In this document: positions 1 through 10,601 of the stretch, piece after piece
How positions within the stretch are numbered: position 1 is the first letter of the stretch
How the letters are laid out: each line of letters begins with the position of its first letter
DNA from: a virus
Taxonomy: Duplodnaviria > Caudoviricetes
DNA length: 39,335 nt
Direction: 5' to 3' (one strand)
IMG/VR virus record: IMGVR_UViG_3300032240_000687
Coordinates: 1-39,335 of that record
The notes under the pieces: generated by a model
Told to the model about the DNA's origin: nothing
Database searches by the model: none
The model's input: the letters and a program-made list of their open reading frames with translations, nothing else
Program-made: the position numbers and the translations under genes

Positions 1-37
1 ATTTACGACCTTATACTAGGTTAAAAATCCCAAACCG

Positions 38-45
38 CTAAATAC
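38..45 (+). promoter_or_regulatory. T4-type late promoter core (CTAAATAC)
   Basis: TAAATA at 39-44 in an intergenic region upstream of a structural gene; the same core recurs before other late genes (10576, 24863, 25672, 39312). Confidence 0.6.
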
Positions 46-52
46 TATTACT

Positions 53-145
53 GTAAGAACTGACCAAGTTTTTACGATACTCAACAGCGAGGCCCGCTAT
101 GCAAGGTGGCTATATCCGTGAAATTCGGTGGTAAAGGAGAGGCAG
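53..145 (+). promoter_or_regulatory. Candidate structured 5' leader RNA ending in a Shine-Dalgarno (AAGGAG)
   Basis: Hairpin GTAAGAACT(53-61)/AGTTTTTAC(67-75); small hairpins AGCG(86-89)/CGCT(95-98) and CCG(116-118)/CGG(126-128); GC-richer than its surroundings; SD at about 134-139. Confidence 0.4.
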
Positions 146-1864
146 ATGGCCCTTGGTCGAATTAGTGGTCCGCTCTTAAAGTCGAATCTACTTCGTAATG
201 GCGTAGACTTGGCATTTGAGACGAATCTATTGTACTTGGATGTTACAAATCGCCGCGTTGGTATTAATACCGGTACTCCTTCACACGATTTACAAGTTAA
301 CGGAACAGCCCGAGTAACAACGCTTAATGTAAGTGGATCAAGTACTCTAGGTAACATTACATTTGGCACAAACTCTATTCAGAGTGCCACTAACCAAATT
401 AATTTATCAGCAGGCGGATCTAATCCTGTTGTTTATCAAGGTATTTTACAAGTTGGTAATTTGCAATTAACTGCAAATACTTTAACTACATTACTGCCTA
501 ATCAAAATATTAGTTTAACTACTACTGGCACAGGCGCAGTAGTTGTCAACAACAATTTAACTGTTACTGGTAATTTATATACACAAGGTAATTTAACAGT
601 TGACGGTACTGTTACAATCAAAGGCAACATTACAATTGGTGATCAAAATACAGATACTGTAGCAATTACCGCTGGTATTAGCAGTGATTTGATACCTGCA
701 ACTACTGCCACATATAATTTAGGATCAACAACTGGTCCGTTATATTGGAATAATGTGTATGCTACAAACAGTTACTACAACAGCATCACAGTAACAAATT
801 TTCAAAATAATAATTTAGTGTTTAGTGCAAACACTATTACCGATACAGTAAGCAATGCTGATATTCAGTTTGCAACAACTGGTACAGGCGGAATTATACT
901 TGGTAATGTTAAAGTTAGTTCTAATAGCATTACTAATACTGTTTCAAACGCAGTAACAACATTTAATCAAACTACAGGAACAGCTAGTTTTACTGGATCT
1001 ATTGCCAGTGCAACCGCAGTAACTTTTACAGGTAGCGTTGCTACAACCACGTTAACAGTAACAAGCACTCCAACAGGAGCAGGTATTGTTGTAGGTCAAA
1101 GCATCAGTGGCGGATCTATTCCAGCAGGCACATACATTGTTGCTAATTTGTCTGGAACTGGCACAAGTTCAAGCAGTACATGGTCAATTAGCAATTCATT
1201 TACACAAGCAAGCACAACGGTTACTGCACAACTGGCAACATTAACCGTGACAGCAGTCACAGCAAGTCCAATCAATTCTGGAATGATATTAAGCGGAAGT
1301 GGTGTAACTGCTAACACAGTTGTTATTAGTCAAAATACAGCAACTTCAGCCGCAATAGCAAGTCCAACATTTGCTAGCGGCGGAGCACAAGGTGCTTATA
1401 CATTTGTAGTAAGTTCCGGTAGTAACATTGTAAAAAATCAATTCGTATCGGGTACAGGTATTCCAACAAACACATTTGTAAGCACTGTATCTGGAACCAG
1501 TATTACATTAAGTAAAGCGTTTACTACACAAGCTAGTGGAACATATAATTTTTACACACCTGGCACACAAGGTACATACTATGTAAGTCCAGCGCAAACT
1601 GCAAGTTCAACTACTATAACTGGTACAGTAACTGGTTATGTTTATATTGGCGGAACTAACGGAGTTGTTATTCCGTCAGGAACAACACTACAACGTCCAG
1701 GTAGTCCAACTACTGGAATGATTCGATTTAATACAGACTCAGCAAGTCTGGCTGTTGAAGTATATACTGGCAATACATGGGCTGGTGTTGCAGGTGCATC
1801 CGCAGGTATTACTGTTAATCAAGCTAGTGATTCAGCCGCACAATGGGCATTAGCATTAGGATAA
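146..1864 (+). CDS. Tail fibre / virion appendage protein (572 aa; ATG at 146 preferred over GTG at 128)
   Basis: SD AAGGAG upstream of ATG146. N-terminal 'LLYLDVTNRRVGINTGTPSHDLQVNG' fibre repeat, beta-strand 'LTVTGNL' repeats, Thr/Ser/Gly-rich body and C-terminal 'IPSGTTLQRP...GMIRFNTD' motif typical of large-phage fibres. Confidence 0.75.
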   Translation: MALGRISGPLLKSNLLRNGVDLAFETNLLYLDVTNRRVGINTGTPSHDLQVNGTARVTTLNVSGSSTLGNITFGTNSIQSATNQINLSAGGSNPVVYQGILQVGNLQLTANTLTTLLPNQNISLTTTGTGAVVVNNNLTVTGNLYTQGNLTVDGTVTIKGNITIGDQNTDTVAITAGISSDLIPATTATYNLGSTTGPLYWNNVYATNSYYNSITVTNFQNNNLVFSANTITDTVSNADIQFATTGTGGIILGNVKVSSNSITNTVSNAVTTFNQTTGTASFTGSIASATAVTFTGSVATTTLTVTSTPTGAGIVVGQSISGGSIPAGTYIVANLSGTGTSSSSTWSISNSFTQASTTVTAQLATLTVTAVTASPINSGMILSGSGVTANTVVISQNTATSAAIASPTFASGGAQGAYTFVVSSGSNIVKNQFVSGTGIPTNTFVSTVSGTSITLSKAFTTQASGTYNFYTPGTQGTYYVSPAQTASSTTITGTVTGYVYIGGTNGVVIPSGTTLQRPGSPTTGMIRFNTDSASLAVEVYTGNTWAGVAGASAGITVNQASDSAAQWALALG

Positions 1865-1867
1865 AAT

Positions 1868-2422
1868 ATGGCAACCACATTTAAAAATGCAATAAGCACC
1901 GCAGTAGGATCAACACCAATTATCGTGTATACTGCGGCTAGCAACGTTCGAGTAACAATTTTAGGTATTAGTTTTGCAAACGTAACGACCGGTTGGGTCA
2001 CAGCAAGTGTAATAATTACAGACCCAACTCCAGGCGGAACATTTACAGCCAATCAAAGTAGCGTAACAAATCCAACTGTATTGACCAATGTTAATACATT
2101 TAATAATATTTCTGTTGGAGCAAGTGTAACAGGAACTGGTGTTCCAGCAAGCACAACAATTAGTAGTTTTGATGCAGTAGCTAAAACAATCACCATTAGC
2201 AATGCAATAACACAAACTTTAACCGCAAACGTGATTACCTTTGTAGGAACAACACCTGCTGTCAGTTACTATATTAAAGATGTAATTGTGCCTGCTAATC
2301 AAAGTTTGCGTGTTATTAACGGCGGCGAACGTTTGGTTTTAGGTGCAAGTAACACATTGTCAGTTGTAACTAACACAGCATCTAGTTGCGATGTTATTGT
2401 AAGTTTAGTTGAAATCATTTAA
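1868..2422 (+). CDS. Small beta-sandwich virion protein with an inserted ~70-aa 'GTGVPA' repeat domain
   Basis: SD AGGA; 'VYT...N...YYIKDVIVPANQSL...LVL' pattern shared with 21159-21497; insertion at about 2033-2247. Confidence 0.6.
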   Translation: MATTFKNAISTAVGSTPIIVYTAASNVRVTILGISFANVTTGWVTASVIITDPTPGGTFTANQSSVTNPTVLTNVNTFNNISVGASVTGTGVPASTTISSFDAVAKTITISNAITQTLTANVITFVGTTPAVSYYIKDVIVPANQSLRVINGGERLVLGASNTLSVVTNTASSCDVIVSLVEII

Positions 2423-2433
2423 GGATTAATATT

Positions 2434-2790
2434 ATGGCCATGAATTATGTAGGTGATGTAAGAGACGACGATTTATTGGGTAACGGCCAAGCTAGATATT
2501 TTTACGGGTTACGTAGAACAGATGACGGAACATTATATTTTGTTAAAGTTGATCAGCTAACCGGAACAGAAACTATTACAGTTAATATTGCAGGTCCTAA
2601 TGCTAGTAATTTTGAAGATTTTGAATACGGCGTTGATTATTTTGACGGCCGCAGTGCAGTAGACCATAGTAGACCTTATCCTAATTTATATTACGATCAG
2701 TATCGCTGGGATACTAAAAACATGTATTATTACATCAATTCACAAGGCGAACTAGTCGCACGTATCAATCAAGCATACGTTTATAGTTAA
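2434..2790 (+). CDS. Hypothetical protein, probably virion-associated (118 aa, Tyr/Asp-rich)
   Basis: SD AAGGA; lies inside the structural operon; no catalytic motif recognised. Confidence 0.6.
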   Translation: MAMNYVGDVRDDDLLGNGQARYFYGLRRTDDGTLYFVKVDQLTGTETITVNIAGPNASNFEDFEYGVDYFDGRSAVDHSRPYPNLYYDQYRWDTKNMYYYINSQGELVARINQAYVYS

Positions 2791-2799
2791 GGAATAAAA

Positions 2800-5700
2800 A
2801 TGGCAGAGTTTAAAATAAACAGATTACGTTACACATGGTCAGGTGCCTGGGTACCAGGAACGGCTTACGGAAAAGATTCAGTTGTACAATACAGCGGTAA
2901 AACTTATGCTTGTTTAATTGCACACACCGCAGATGCTGTATCGTTTTATAACGACTTAAACCACGTTACCCAAACCGGAGCTTCTACCCCATACTGGGCA
3001 CTTATTCTCGAAGGCAAAACATTTAAAGGCCCGTGGGTCACTGGTAGAGTTTATAATACTGGAAACATAGCAGTATTTGGAGGCCAAGTATATACTTGTG
3101 TAACTCCACATACAAGTACAGCGTTTGCTAATGATGCTACTAATTGGCTCCAATACTCACAATTTTCAAATTGGAACAATGCATGGTCTACCAGCACTGT
3201 TTATGGATTAGGCGATATTGTCAAATACGGCGGCATAGTATATCGTTGTATTGCTAATCATACTTCTGCAAGCAGTATTGCCGCGGCGGCCGATCCAGAA
3301 ACTACAACAGGACTTGAAGCAGATATATCTAAATGGACTGTAGTTAATAACGGCATCGATTACAAAGGAATTTGGAACGTAGTTAACGGAGTACCGCAAC
3401 CAGGCGGCACAGTAAGATACAAATTAAATGATATTGTTAAATTTGGTGCCAATCTATGGCAAGCTAATACTGGACACAGTTCTACAGCTACATTTAATCC
3501 AGCACGATGGACATTATGGATGCCAGGTGAAGAGTATGCTAATTCTTGGACCATTACTAGTGTTTTCCAAATAGGTGATATTGTAAGTTACGGCGGATAT
3601 GAATACATCAGTAACAGTACAAATAACGTAGGCAATGTGCCTTCCATTGATGCTGTTAATTGGACAGTGTTTACAAAAAATTACAATGTGCGAGGATCTT
3701 GGAGCCCATTGATTAATTATAGAGTTGGAGATACTGTTCGTAAAAATGCTCGTTTGTACATTGCATTATTTGACAGCCTTAACTCCGATCCTACGGCAAG
3801 CACAACAACAATTCAATATACTGCATTAGGAAGCCTTGGCAAGACTGTTAAAGTTACTGATTCTACTACAGTTAAACCAGGCATGATTATATTAGGAACT
3901 GGATTTACTTTAGGACAAACAGTTTCCACAGTCGTTGACATTAATACTATAACATTAGATCGCGGCCCAGACGGTTCACCAGCTGATGGACAAACATTGT
4001 CTTTTTCTGCGGTTGGAGCAAACTGGCAACTAATTAATTCAAACACCGAGTGGTTAAATTTTTGGACAGCACTTGACACTGTATCTTATAGCGTAGGCGA
4101 TCTTGTCATATGGCAAAATGCTACTTATATGTGTATTCAAACACATTCAAATAGCGGCGGCGCGGCTAAACGTCCAGATTTAGATACACTAAAACAATTT
4201 TGGACAATGTTCATCAGTCACGATAAGAAAAATGCCTTAAACACTTACGGTGATATCGAAGCATTTAGCACAGGCCAGCCAACTGCAATTCCTATCAGTG
4301 TAGATTCATATACATTAAGAGCAAATACTGTAGGTTCTGATTTAGTGCCAACGTGGTCACAAATTATGAACGTCAATAATGTATTTTACGTGGCTCCAAC
4401 AGGCACCGACGGCCCTGCTAGCCAAGGTTGGGGCAAAACTTTAGATCGCCCATACAAAACTATTGCCTATGCTTGTCAAATTGCAAGCGCAGGTACACAG
4501 AATTTAAATGCTTTTAAAGCAATATTCGCAAATAAATTATGGTTAACTACAGAAATGTACAACTGGATGGCATATCAAAGAACAAATAATAATGCACCAT
4601 TTAGTACATCATCTATTTTTGATCCTGTTAAAACACAACGTGACGCAGGCTATGTTATTGATGCAGTATTGTACGATATAACACGCGGCGGCAATAGTCA
4701 GACAGTACAAACTGCTCTTGCTTATTTTGCCCAAGAAAGCACAACTACATTTATTAATGCAACTGTTACAGCAGAAATGCCTTACTTTATAGCGGCATTA
4801 AATCAATTATTATCTTTAATTGGAAACGTATTAGCTAATACAACTCCTAGTCAAAATTATCAAGTATTAAACGGAGTTGCTTTAATAAATCAAGTTTCTA
4901 GAATAGACAATGAAACAACAACCGGCACACCGGTGTATCCATTGACTACTAATATTGAAATAACGGCCGGCCCATCAATTACAACATTGTTTGGATATAT
5001 TACAACAGCATTGACTAATAGTAGTACTGCTGGCTTGCCATCGACTTATGCAGGAGCCACAATAACTATTAATGTAAAAACTGGAACATATAATGAAATA
5101 TTACCAATTTCAGTTCCGCCTAATTGTGCAATCTGTGGCGATGAATTGCGTGGCACCGTAGTACAACCAGCAACTAGAATAATATTAACAATTACAGGCG
5201 CCAACGATTCAACAAAATTGTTTACAGTTTCTAGTACGGCAGGCTTGACTAACAATATGCCATTTATGCTAGAATCTGCTACTGCTGGATTATCTGCAGG
5301 TACGGTTTATTATATTGTAGGTTCTTCAATTACAGCAACTCAATTTGGAATTAGTTTGCTTCCTAGCGGCACATTACAAAATTTATCATTAGCAACAAAT
5401 GTTTCAATAACTGCCTATGCTGGCGATTGTTTAAAGAACATGTTCTTGTTACGTAATGGTAGCGGTTTGCGCAATATGACACTAAACGGTTTACTAGGAA
5501 CTTTAGGCCCGATCAATTCTTTCTTAACAGCTCGCCCAACCGGCGGTGCTTATGCAAGTCTCGATCCAGGAACCGGCCCATCAGATACAAGTGCCTGGAT
5601 TATCAAACGTAGCCCTTATGTTCAAAACGTAACTACATTTGGATACGGATGTGTAGGTTTAAAAATTGACGGAACATTACATAACGGCGGAAATAAATCT

Positions 5701-8700
5701 ATAGTCTGTAACGACTTCACACAAGTGCTAGGTGACGGTGTAGGTATATGGGTAACTGGCCCTAGTTCAGTTTGCGAAGCAGTTAGTGTATTCTCGTACT
5801 ACGGTTATGCTGGTTATCTATCAGAGAATGGCGGCCGTTTACGTGCAACCAATGGTAACACTAGTTACGGTACATACGGTGTTATTGCTGAAGGATATGA
5901 TGTTACAGAAACTCCTGTAACTGGAATTGTATTCAATCAAAGTTCGCAAGTACAAGCTCAAGTAGCTACATCATTAGGATCACAAGCACAGTTAATTAGA
6001 ATGTCATTTGCTAATGCTGGATCATCATACTACACAACTACCACTAACTTATTAGGATACAGTAATAACTTCCAGGGCGCGGCATGGACTCCTACCAATT
6101 TATCATTGGCAAAAAATACAGTTAGTCCAATAAGCGGTTTAACTGATGCATGGTTATTATCATCTAATGGCGGCACAGGCGTACTTGCTCAAGCATTAAC
6201 TATTCCAGCGGCAGGCGCAACTTATACTAATATTGCAGGTATTGGCGGATCTGGTACAAGTGCAACATTTAATATTACAGTAACCGCTACTACTTATGTT
6301 GTTACAGTTAACAATGGTGGATCTGGATATATTGGTAATGATCAAATTACTATTTCTGGAGCATTATTAGGCGGAACAAATCCTGCAAATAATCTTACAG
6401 TAACAGTATTTTCATTATCGGGTAGTTCCATATCAACAGTAACTTTGCCAACAGCAGGTGTAGTTGGAAACACAGTTCCTGTTGGCAGTGCATTAAAATA
6501 TACAACTAGTTTATATGTTAAACAAGGAACAGCACCTTCGTGCGATTTATTAGTTACATTCAGCGGTTCAACAACTGTAACTAACGGAGTAAACTTTAAT
6601 TTTAGTACAGGGGCAATAACCACTACCGCACTTGGTAGCGGAACTATTTCAGCACCGGCCTTATCTGGCAAAGTTACCTTGGCTAACGGTTGGTACAGAC
6701 TTTGGTTCTCAACAGCAGATTCTACTGGATTGAATACAACTGCTACTGTAGCATTTTATCCTTCAAGCAATGCATCAAATGGCGGAACTTATGCTTATGC
6801 TGGACAGTATGAAATTGCTGGAACCGTAACACCTGCCGCACCGTCATTTTATCTAGATGTTACAGGTACTACAAAATATACAGCATACGCTAATTATACA
6901 ATTACTGGCGCAGGTACAGGAGCATTAGCTATCGGTGACGAATTACGATCACAATCTATATTTGAAACTCGCGTAACAAATGGCGGAACTGGATATCAAA
7001 CAGCCAGCAATAACGCTCAAGCAGGTAATAATCAGCAAATTACACTTGCACAGTCAGATACATTATTATTATCTAACTATGTTGGTATGAGATTGTTTAT
7101 CAACAGTGGTACAGGTGCTGGCCAATATGGCTATATTGCATATTATGATAGTACTACTAAAGTCGCTAATATGGCTAAAGAGTCTTTTGTTCCTATTGAA
7201 ATTTTATCAACAGACGCTACAACACTAACTATCAACCCATTAAATTCAATAGCACCTTTATTTGTTGGCCAAGCTGTACAATTTATTCCAACATACTATG
7301 CTACCACAGTTACTACAATTGGCATCACACAGATGATACTGATATCTGTTTCAGGCGGCACAACAAATTCAATTTTTGTAAACAGTGTAGCAGGCCTAGC
7401 AGTAAACATGCCAATTACATTTAGTACAAATGATACTCAGTTATTAAGTACATTAACTGCTGGATTTGTATATTATATTTCATCTATTGATACAGTGGCT
7501 AATAGTTTTAGAATTACTAACCAAATATACAGTGCAGTTGATTGGTTATTAACTACAGCAATTCCAACAGTTGGAACAAACGTTTATATAAACTATCCGT
7601 CTTATACAAACTATTTGCAAGGCCTAACAGCAAACATGGTTGTTAATTTTCCAATTACATTTACTGGAACTAGCGTCGGCGGACTAACAGTAGGAACTAC
7701 ATATTATATTAATGATATAGTAGACGGTGCAAACTTTACAGTATCAACTTCTTTAGCAACAGTAACAGTAACAGCAACTAGTAGCTCTACGCAAGCACTT
7801 ACAGTATCTAGTGTTTCAGCATTGACACCATTGAATCCAATTGTGTTTACTAATACAAGTACAAGCGGCATTGCAACTAAAACAAAATACTATATCAGCA
7901 AATTAGTCGACTCGACTAGTTTTCAAATTTCTACGGTATTAACATCTGTTGTAGTAACATCTGTATCTAGTCCAGGAACAGGTAACTTGTTTACATGTAC
8001 TTCTACTACTGGCTTTGGCGGCGCTCCTTACTATCAACCAATTATGTTTGTAGGAAATACGTTTGGTGGTGTACAAGCTGAAACAGTATATTACATATTA
8101 GGTGTTGCAGGAGATGGCGTATCATTTACGATTAGTAGTACTCCAGGCGGCCAAGCATTTGGATCAGGCCCGGCAACTGGTATTATGACAGCTAAAACTT
8201 GTTTAACTACAAACTTAAAAACATTAACGACGGTTGCTAGCATGAGTGCAACAGGTACTACTACATCAACTAGATCTAAATTTACAGCAGGATATAGTAA
8301 TATTAACGGCACGTTCTCTACATCATTGTTTAGTACAGTACAACAAGGAACAACTTACTACGTTAATACAATTTCAGCTACCGGATTTACCGTTGCTAGC
8401 TCGCCAACTAACGTAGGAGTTACTATATTTGCTCAAAGTGTAGGCTCTGGTTCAATGAACGTTGTAGCGGCAGGTTGGGATCATCAAAATCCGGCAACTC
8501 CGATTGCCTCACTTTTAGATGCGTCTTCTGTTTACTTTATTGAACCAAGACCTATCTATGGTGCGCCTAATTTTACGCAAACAGCCGCTACATCAACGGT
8601 ATCATTGGCACCAGGAACTAGTTATACTTCAATGGCTTATGGTAATAACTACTGGATTGCTTTTCCTAATGGTAACGCAACAGCGGCAGGCTCGTCAGAC

Positions 8701-10536
8701 GGACTAACGTGGAATAATATAACATTACCGTTTAATGCCAGCTGGTCAGGTGTTGCTCAAGGTAATGGTTATTGGATTGGTGTTGCATCAGGTACAGCAA
8801 ATGCTGTAAGGTCAGTATCTGGATTAGGATGGAGAACAATATCTCTAGGCTCTAGTACTAGCTGGTCACAAGTAGCTTATGGTAACGGTGTATTTGTTGT
8901 TATCGCTAACTCTGGTTCGTGCGTATATTCAAATAATTATGGTAATACATGGAGCTCAGGATCAGGTTTAACAACAGCAACTTTTACTGATATAACATTT
9001 GGTAACGGTATATTTGTTGCAATAGCTTCAGGCGGCACTTATGCGGCAACTAGTACAGACGGTGTCACTTGGACTACACGAACATTACCAGCAAGCACTA
9101 CGTGGAAAAGTGTAACATTTGGCCAAGGAATGTTTGTTGCAGTTTCTAATACTTCGTCAGTGTCAGCATACAGCCAAGATGGTATAACATGGCTAGCCGG
9201 CAACATGGCAATTTATGCAGATAAAGTTAGATATGGTCAAGGTGTGTTCCTTGCAGTATCAGCCGCAGGTGCTAATGGCTGGACAAGCGAAGACGGATCA
9301 AATTGGCTTGCCCAGACAATTACCGATGACGGATACGGCGCTATGGCATTTGGTTTTTATGCTAATAATTCAGGCGGCGTGATATCATATCTTGGAAGAT
9401 TTGTAACTCTTTCAGGAACTGGATTTGGTAGCGGAATTTTAGCAGGATGTAAAACTAAATCAAGAGCAATAATCACATCAGGAATAATTACGCAACTTAA
9501 TAGTTGGGAGCCTGGGTCAGGCTATCTTTCTGCACCAACTGTAACATTTACAGATCCTAACGTAACAAGTCTTGCAACAGTTGTGCCGCGTCTTGGCAGT
9601 GGAACATTGTCTAGCCCAACTTTTGTAAGCAAAGGTTCAGGTTATAACAATACTTCAACATCAATCCAAGTAAACGGTAACGGATATGCAGATGCATACC
9701 AGTCAGGACTTACAATTATTTTAGATAAATTGTCTCGCTTACCATTACCTGGAGATAACTTGGTAATTACAGGTGTGAATCAGGTGTATAAAGTAACTAG
9801 TGCAACGGCTGTATTTGGAACAGTTGCACCAAATATTGAAGCAAACGTGTCAATATCTCCAGGAATGACAACAGTATTAAGTCCACCAAATAATACGCCA
9901 ATTAGTATTAGACAAAAATATAGTCAGGTTCGTTTAACAGGACATGACTTTTTAAATATTGGTTACGGAAATGTAACACAATCCAACTACCCAGGCGTTC
10001 CTCCTGTAACATCTTTAAAACAAGAGCAACAAATTATTGAAACTAACTATGGTAAGGTATTTTATGCTAGTACTGACCAAGATGGTAACTTTAAAGTTGG
10101 TAACTTATTTGGAGTTCAGCAAGCTACGGGTATTGTAACACTAAGCGCCAGCCAATTTGGATTAACTGGATTGAATACTTTGAGTTTAGGAGGTATTGCA
10201 GTTGGCGGATCTAGCGTAATTGTTAGCCAATTTAGTACTGATGGTAACTTTGTTGCTAACAGCGACAACGTTATTCCAACACAAAAAGCCATTAAGACTT
10301 ACTTAACTAGTCGTTTAAGTCAAGGTGGTTCAAACACTCAAACTGGACAACTAGTAGCAGGTAGTGTGCTAGTCGGTGGCCCTAACAAAATCTCATCAAC
10401 CGTACCAAACGGGCAAGTTGGTTCAGTTATCAAAATGACAAATAAAATAAATTTTACTGGAGCAACTACAGGTATTGATGGTAATATGCCAGCATTTTTC
10501 TTCTTTATGCAACATTCGACAAAGAAAGGCAGATAA
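2800..10536 (+). CDS. Giant multidomain virion structural / fibre protein A (2578 aa)
   Basis: N-terminal 'W..G.W....Y...D.V.YGG..Y.C...H' repeats (CBM5/12-like); beta-helix entry motifs 'YVAPTGTD...PYKTIAYA' and 'GTYNE.LPI.....GDELR'; ~65-aa 'GL..GT.YY' repeats; propeller-like 'W..VAYGNG.FV' repeats; C-terminus paralogous to the next gene. Confidence 0.8.
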   Translation: MAEFKINRLRYTWSGAWVPGTAYGKDSVVQYSGKTYACLIAHTADAVSFYNDLNHVTQTGASTPYWALILEGKTFKGPWVTGRVYNTGNIAVFGGQVYTCVTPHTSTAFANDATNWLQYSQFSNWNNAWSTSTVYGLGDIVKYGGIVYRCIANHTSASSIAAAADPETTTGLEADISKWTVVNNGIDYKGIWNVVNGVPQPGGTVRYKLNDIVKFGANLWQANTGHSSTATFNPARWTLWMPGEEYANSWTITSVFQIGDIVSYGGYEYISNSTNNVGNVPSIDAVNWTVFTKNYNVRGSWSPLINYRVGDTVRKNARLYIALFDSLNSDPTASTTTIQYTALGSLGKTVKVTDSTTVKPGMIILGTGFTLGQTVSTVVDINTITLDRGPDGSPADGQTLSFSAVGANWQLINSNTEWLNFWTALDTVSYSVGDLVIWQNATYMCIQTHSNSGGAAKRPDLDTLKQFWTMFISHDKKNALNTYGDIEAFSTGQPTAIPISVDSYTLRANTVGSDLVPTWSQIMNVNNVFYVAPTGTDGPASQGWGKTLDRPYKTIAYACQIASAGTQNLNAFKAIFANKLWLTTEMYNWMAYQRTNNNAPFSTSSIFDPVKTQRDAGYVIDAVLYDITRGGNSQTVQTALAYFAQESTTTFINATVTAEMPYFIAALNQLLSLIGNVLANTTPSQNYQVLNGVALINQVSRIDNETTTGTPVYPLTTNIEITAGPSITTLFGYITTALTNSSTAGLPSTYAGATITINVKTGTYNEILPISVPPNCAICGDELRGTVVQPATRIILTITGANDSTKLFTVSSTAGLTNNMPFMLESATAGLSAGTVYYIVGSSITATQFGISLLPSGTLQNLSLATNVSITAYAGDCLKNMFLLRNGSGLRNMTLNGLLGTLGPINSFLTARPTGGAYASLDPGTGPSDTSAWIIKRSPYVQNVTTFGYGCVGLKIDGTLHNGGNKSIVCNDFTQVLGDGVGIWVTGPSSVCEAVSVFSYYGYAGYLSENGGRLRATNGNTSYGTYGVIAEGYDVTETPVTGIVFNQSSQVQAQVATSLGSQAQLIRMSFANAGSSYYTTTTNLLGYSNNFQGAAWTPTNLSLAKNTVSPISGLTDAWLLSSNGGTGVLAQALTIPAAGATYTNIAGIGGSGTSATFNITVTATTYVVTVNNGGSGYIGNDQITISGALLGGTNPANNLTVTVFSLSGSSISTVTLPTAGVVGNTVPVGSALKYTTSLYVKQGTAPSCDLLVTFSGSTTVTNGVNFNFSTGAITTTALGSGTISAPALSGKVTLANGWYRLWFSTADSTGLNTTATVAFYPSSNASNGGTYAYAGQYEIAGTVTPAAPSFYLDVTGTTKYTAYANYTITGAGTGALAIGDELRSQSIFETRVTNGGTGYQTASNNAQAGNNQQITLAQSDTLLLSNYVGMRLFINSGTGAGQYGYIAYYDSTTKVANMAKESFVPIEILSTDATTLTINPLNSIAPLFVGQAVQFIPTYYATTVTTIGITQMILISVSGGTTNSIFVNSVAGLAVNMPITFSTNDTQLLSTLTAGFVYYISSIDTVANSFRITNQIYSAVDWLLTTAIPTVGTNVYINYPSYTNYLQGLTANMVVNFPITFTGTSVGGLTVGTTYYINDIVDGANFTVSTSLATVTVTATSSSTQALTVSSVSALTPLNPIVFTNTSTSGIATKTKYYISKLVDSTSFQISTVLTSVVVTSVSSPGTGNLFTCTSTTGFGGAPYYQPIMFVGNTFGGVQAETVYYILGVAGDGVSFTISSTPGGQAFGSGPATGIMTAKTCLTTNLKTLTTVASMSATGTTTSTRSKFTAGYSNINGTFSTSLFSTVQQGTTYYVNTISATGFTVASSPTNVGVTIFAQSVGSGSMNVVAAGWDHQNPATPIASLLDASSVYFIEPRPIYGAPNFTQTAATSTVSLAPGTSYTSMAYGNNYWIAFPNGNATAAGSSDGLTWNNITLPFNASWSGVAQGNGYWIGVASGTANAVRSVSGLGWRTISLGSSTSWSQVAYGNGVFVVIANSGSCVYSNNYGNTWSSGSGLTTATFTDITFGNGIFVAIASGGTYAATSTDGVTWTTRTLPASTTWKSVTFGQGMFVAVSNTSSVSAYSQDGITWLAGNMAIYADKVRYGQGVFLAVSAAGANGWTSEDGSNWLAQTITDDGYGAMAFGFYANNSGGVISYLGRFVTLSGTGFGSGILAGCKTKSRAIITSGIITQLNSWEPGSGYLSAPTVTFTDPNVTSLATVVPRLGSGTLSSPTFVSKGSGYNNTSTSIQVNGNGYADAYQSGLTIILDKLSRLPLPGDNLVITGVNQVYKVTSATAVFGTVAPNIEANVSISPGMTTVLSPPNNTPISIRQKYSQVRLTGHDFLNIGYGNVTQSNYPGVPPVTSLKQEQQIIETNYGKVFYASTDQDGNFKVGNLFGVQQATGIVTLSASQFGLTGLNTLSLGGIAVGGSSVIVSQFSTDGNFVANSDNVIPTQKAIKTYLTSRLSQGGSNTQTGQLVAGSVLVGGPNKISSTVPNGQVGSVIKMTNKINFTGATTGIDGNMPAFFFFMQHSTKKGR
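2830..4215 (+). repeat. Tandem ~50-aa Trp/Tyr repeats (CBM5/12-like) at the N-terminus of protein A
   Basis: Recurrent 'G.W.....Y..GD.V.YGG..Y' units, e.g. GAWVPGTAYGKDSVVQYSG, NAWSTSTVYGLGDIVKYGG, GSWSPLINYRVGDTVRKNA; equivalent units occur at about 10635-12715 in protein B. Confidence 0.7.
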
Positions 10537-10575
10537 GCTGGAAATTAACAACTAAGAATTGAAAAATCGTATTAA

Positions 10576-10583
10576 GATAAATA
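10576..10583 (+). promoter_or_regulatory. Late promoter core GATAAATA, followed by SD AGAGGA
   Basis: Intergenic; 18 nt upstream of ATG10602. Confidence 0.65.
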
Positions 10584-10601
10584 TTATCAGAGGAACATAA
10601 A

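Noticed and set aside
60-123. Hammerhead ribozyme in the 5' leader (CTGACCA ... GAAA)
   Set aside because: The core would need CUGANGA and three flanking stems; the match is incomplete.
128-145. GTG start at 128 for the first fibre gene
   Set aside because: The SD AAGGAG lies inside this stretch and is correctly spaced for ATG146.
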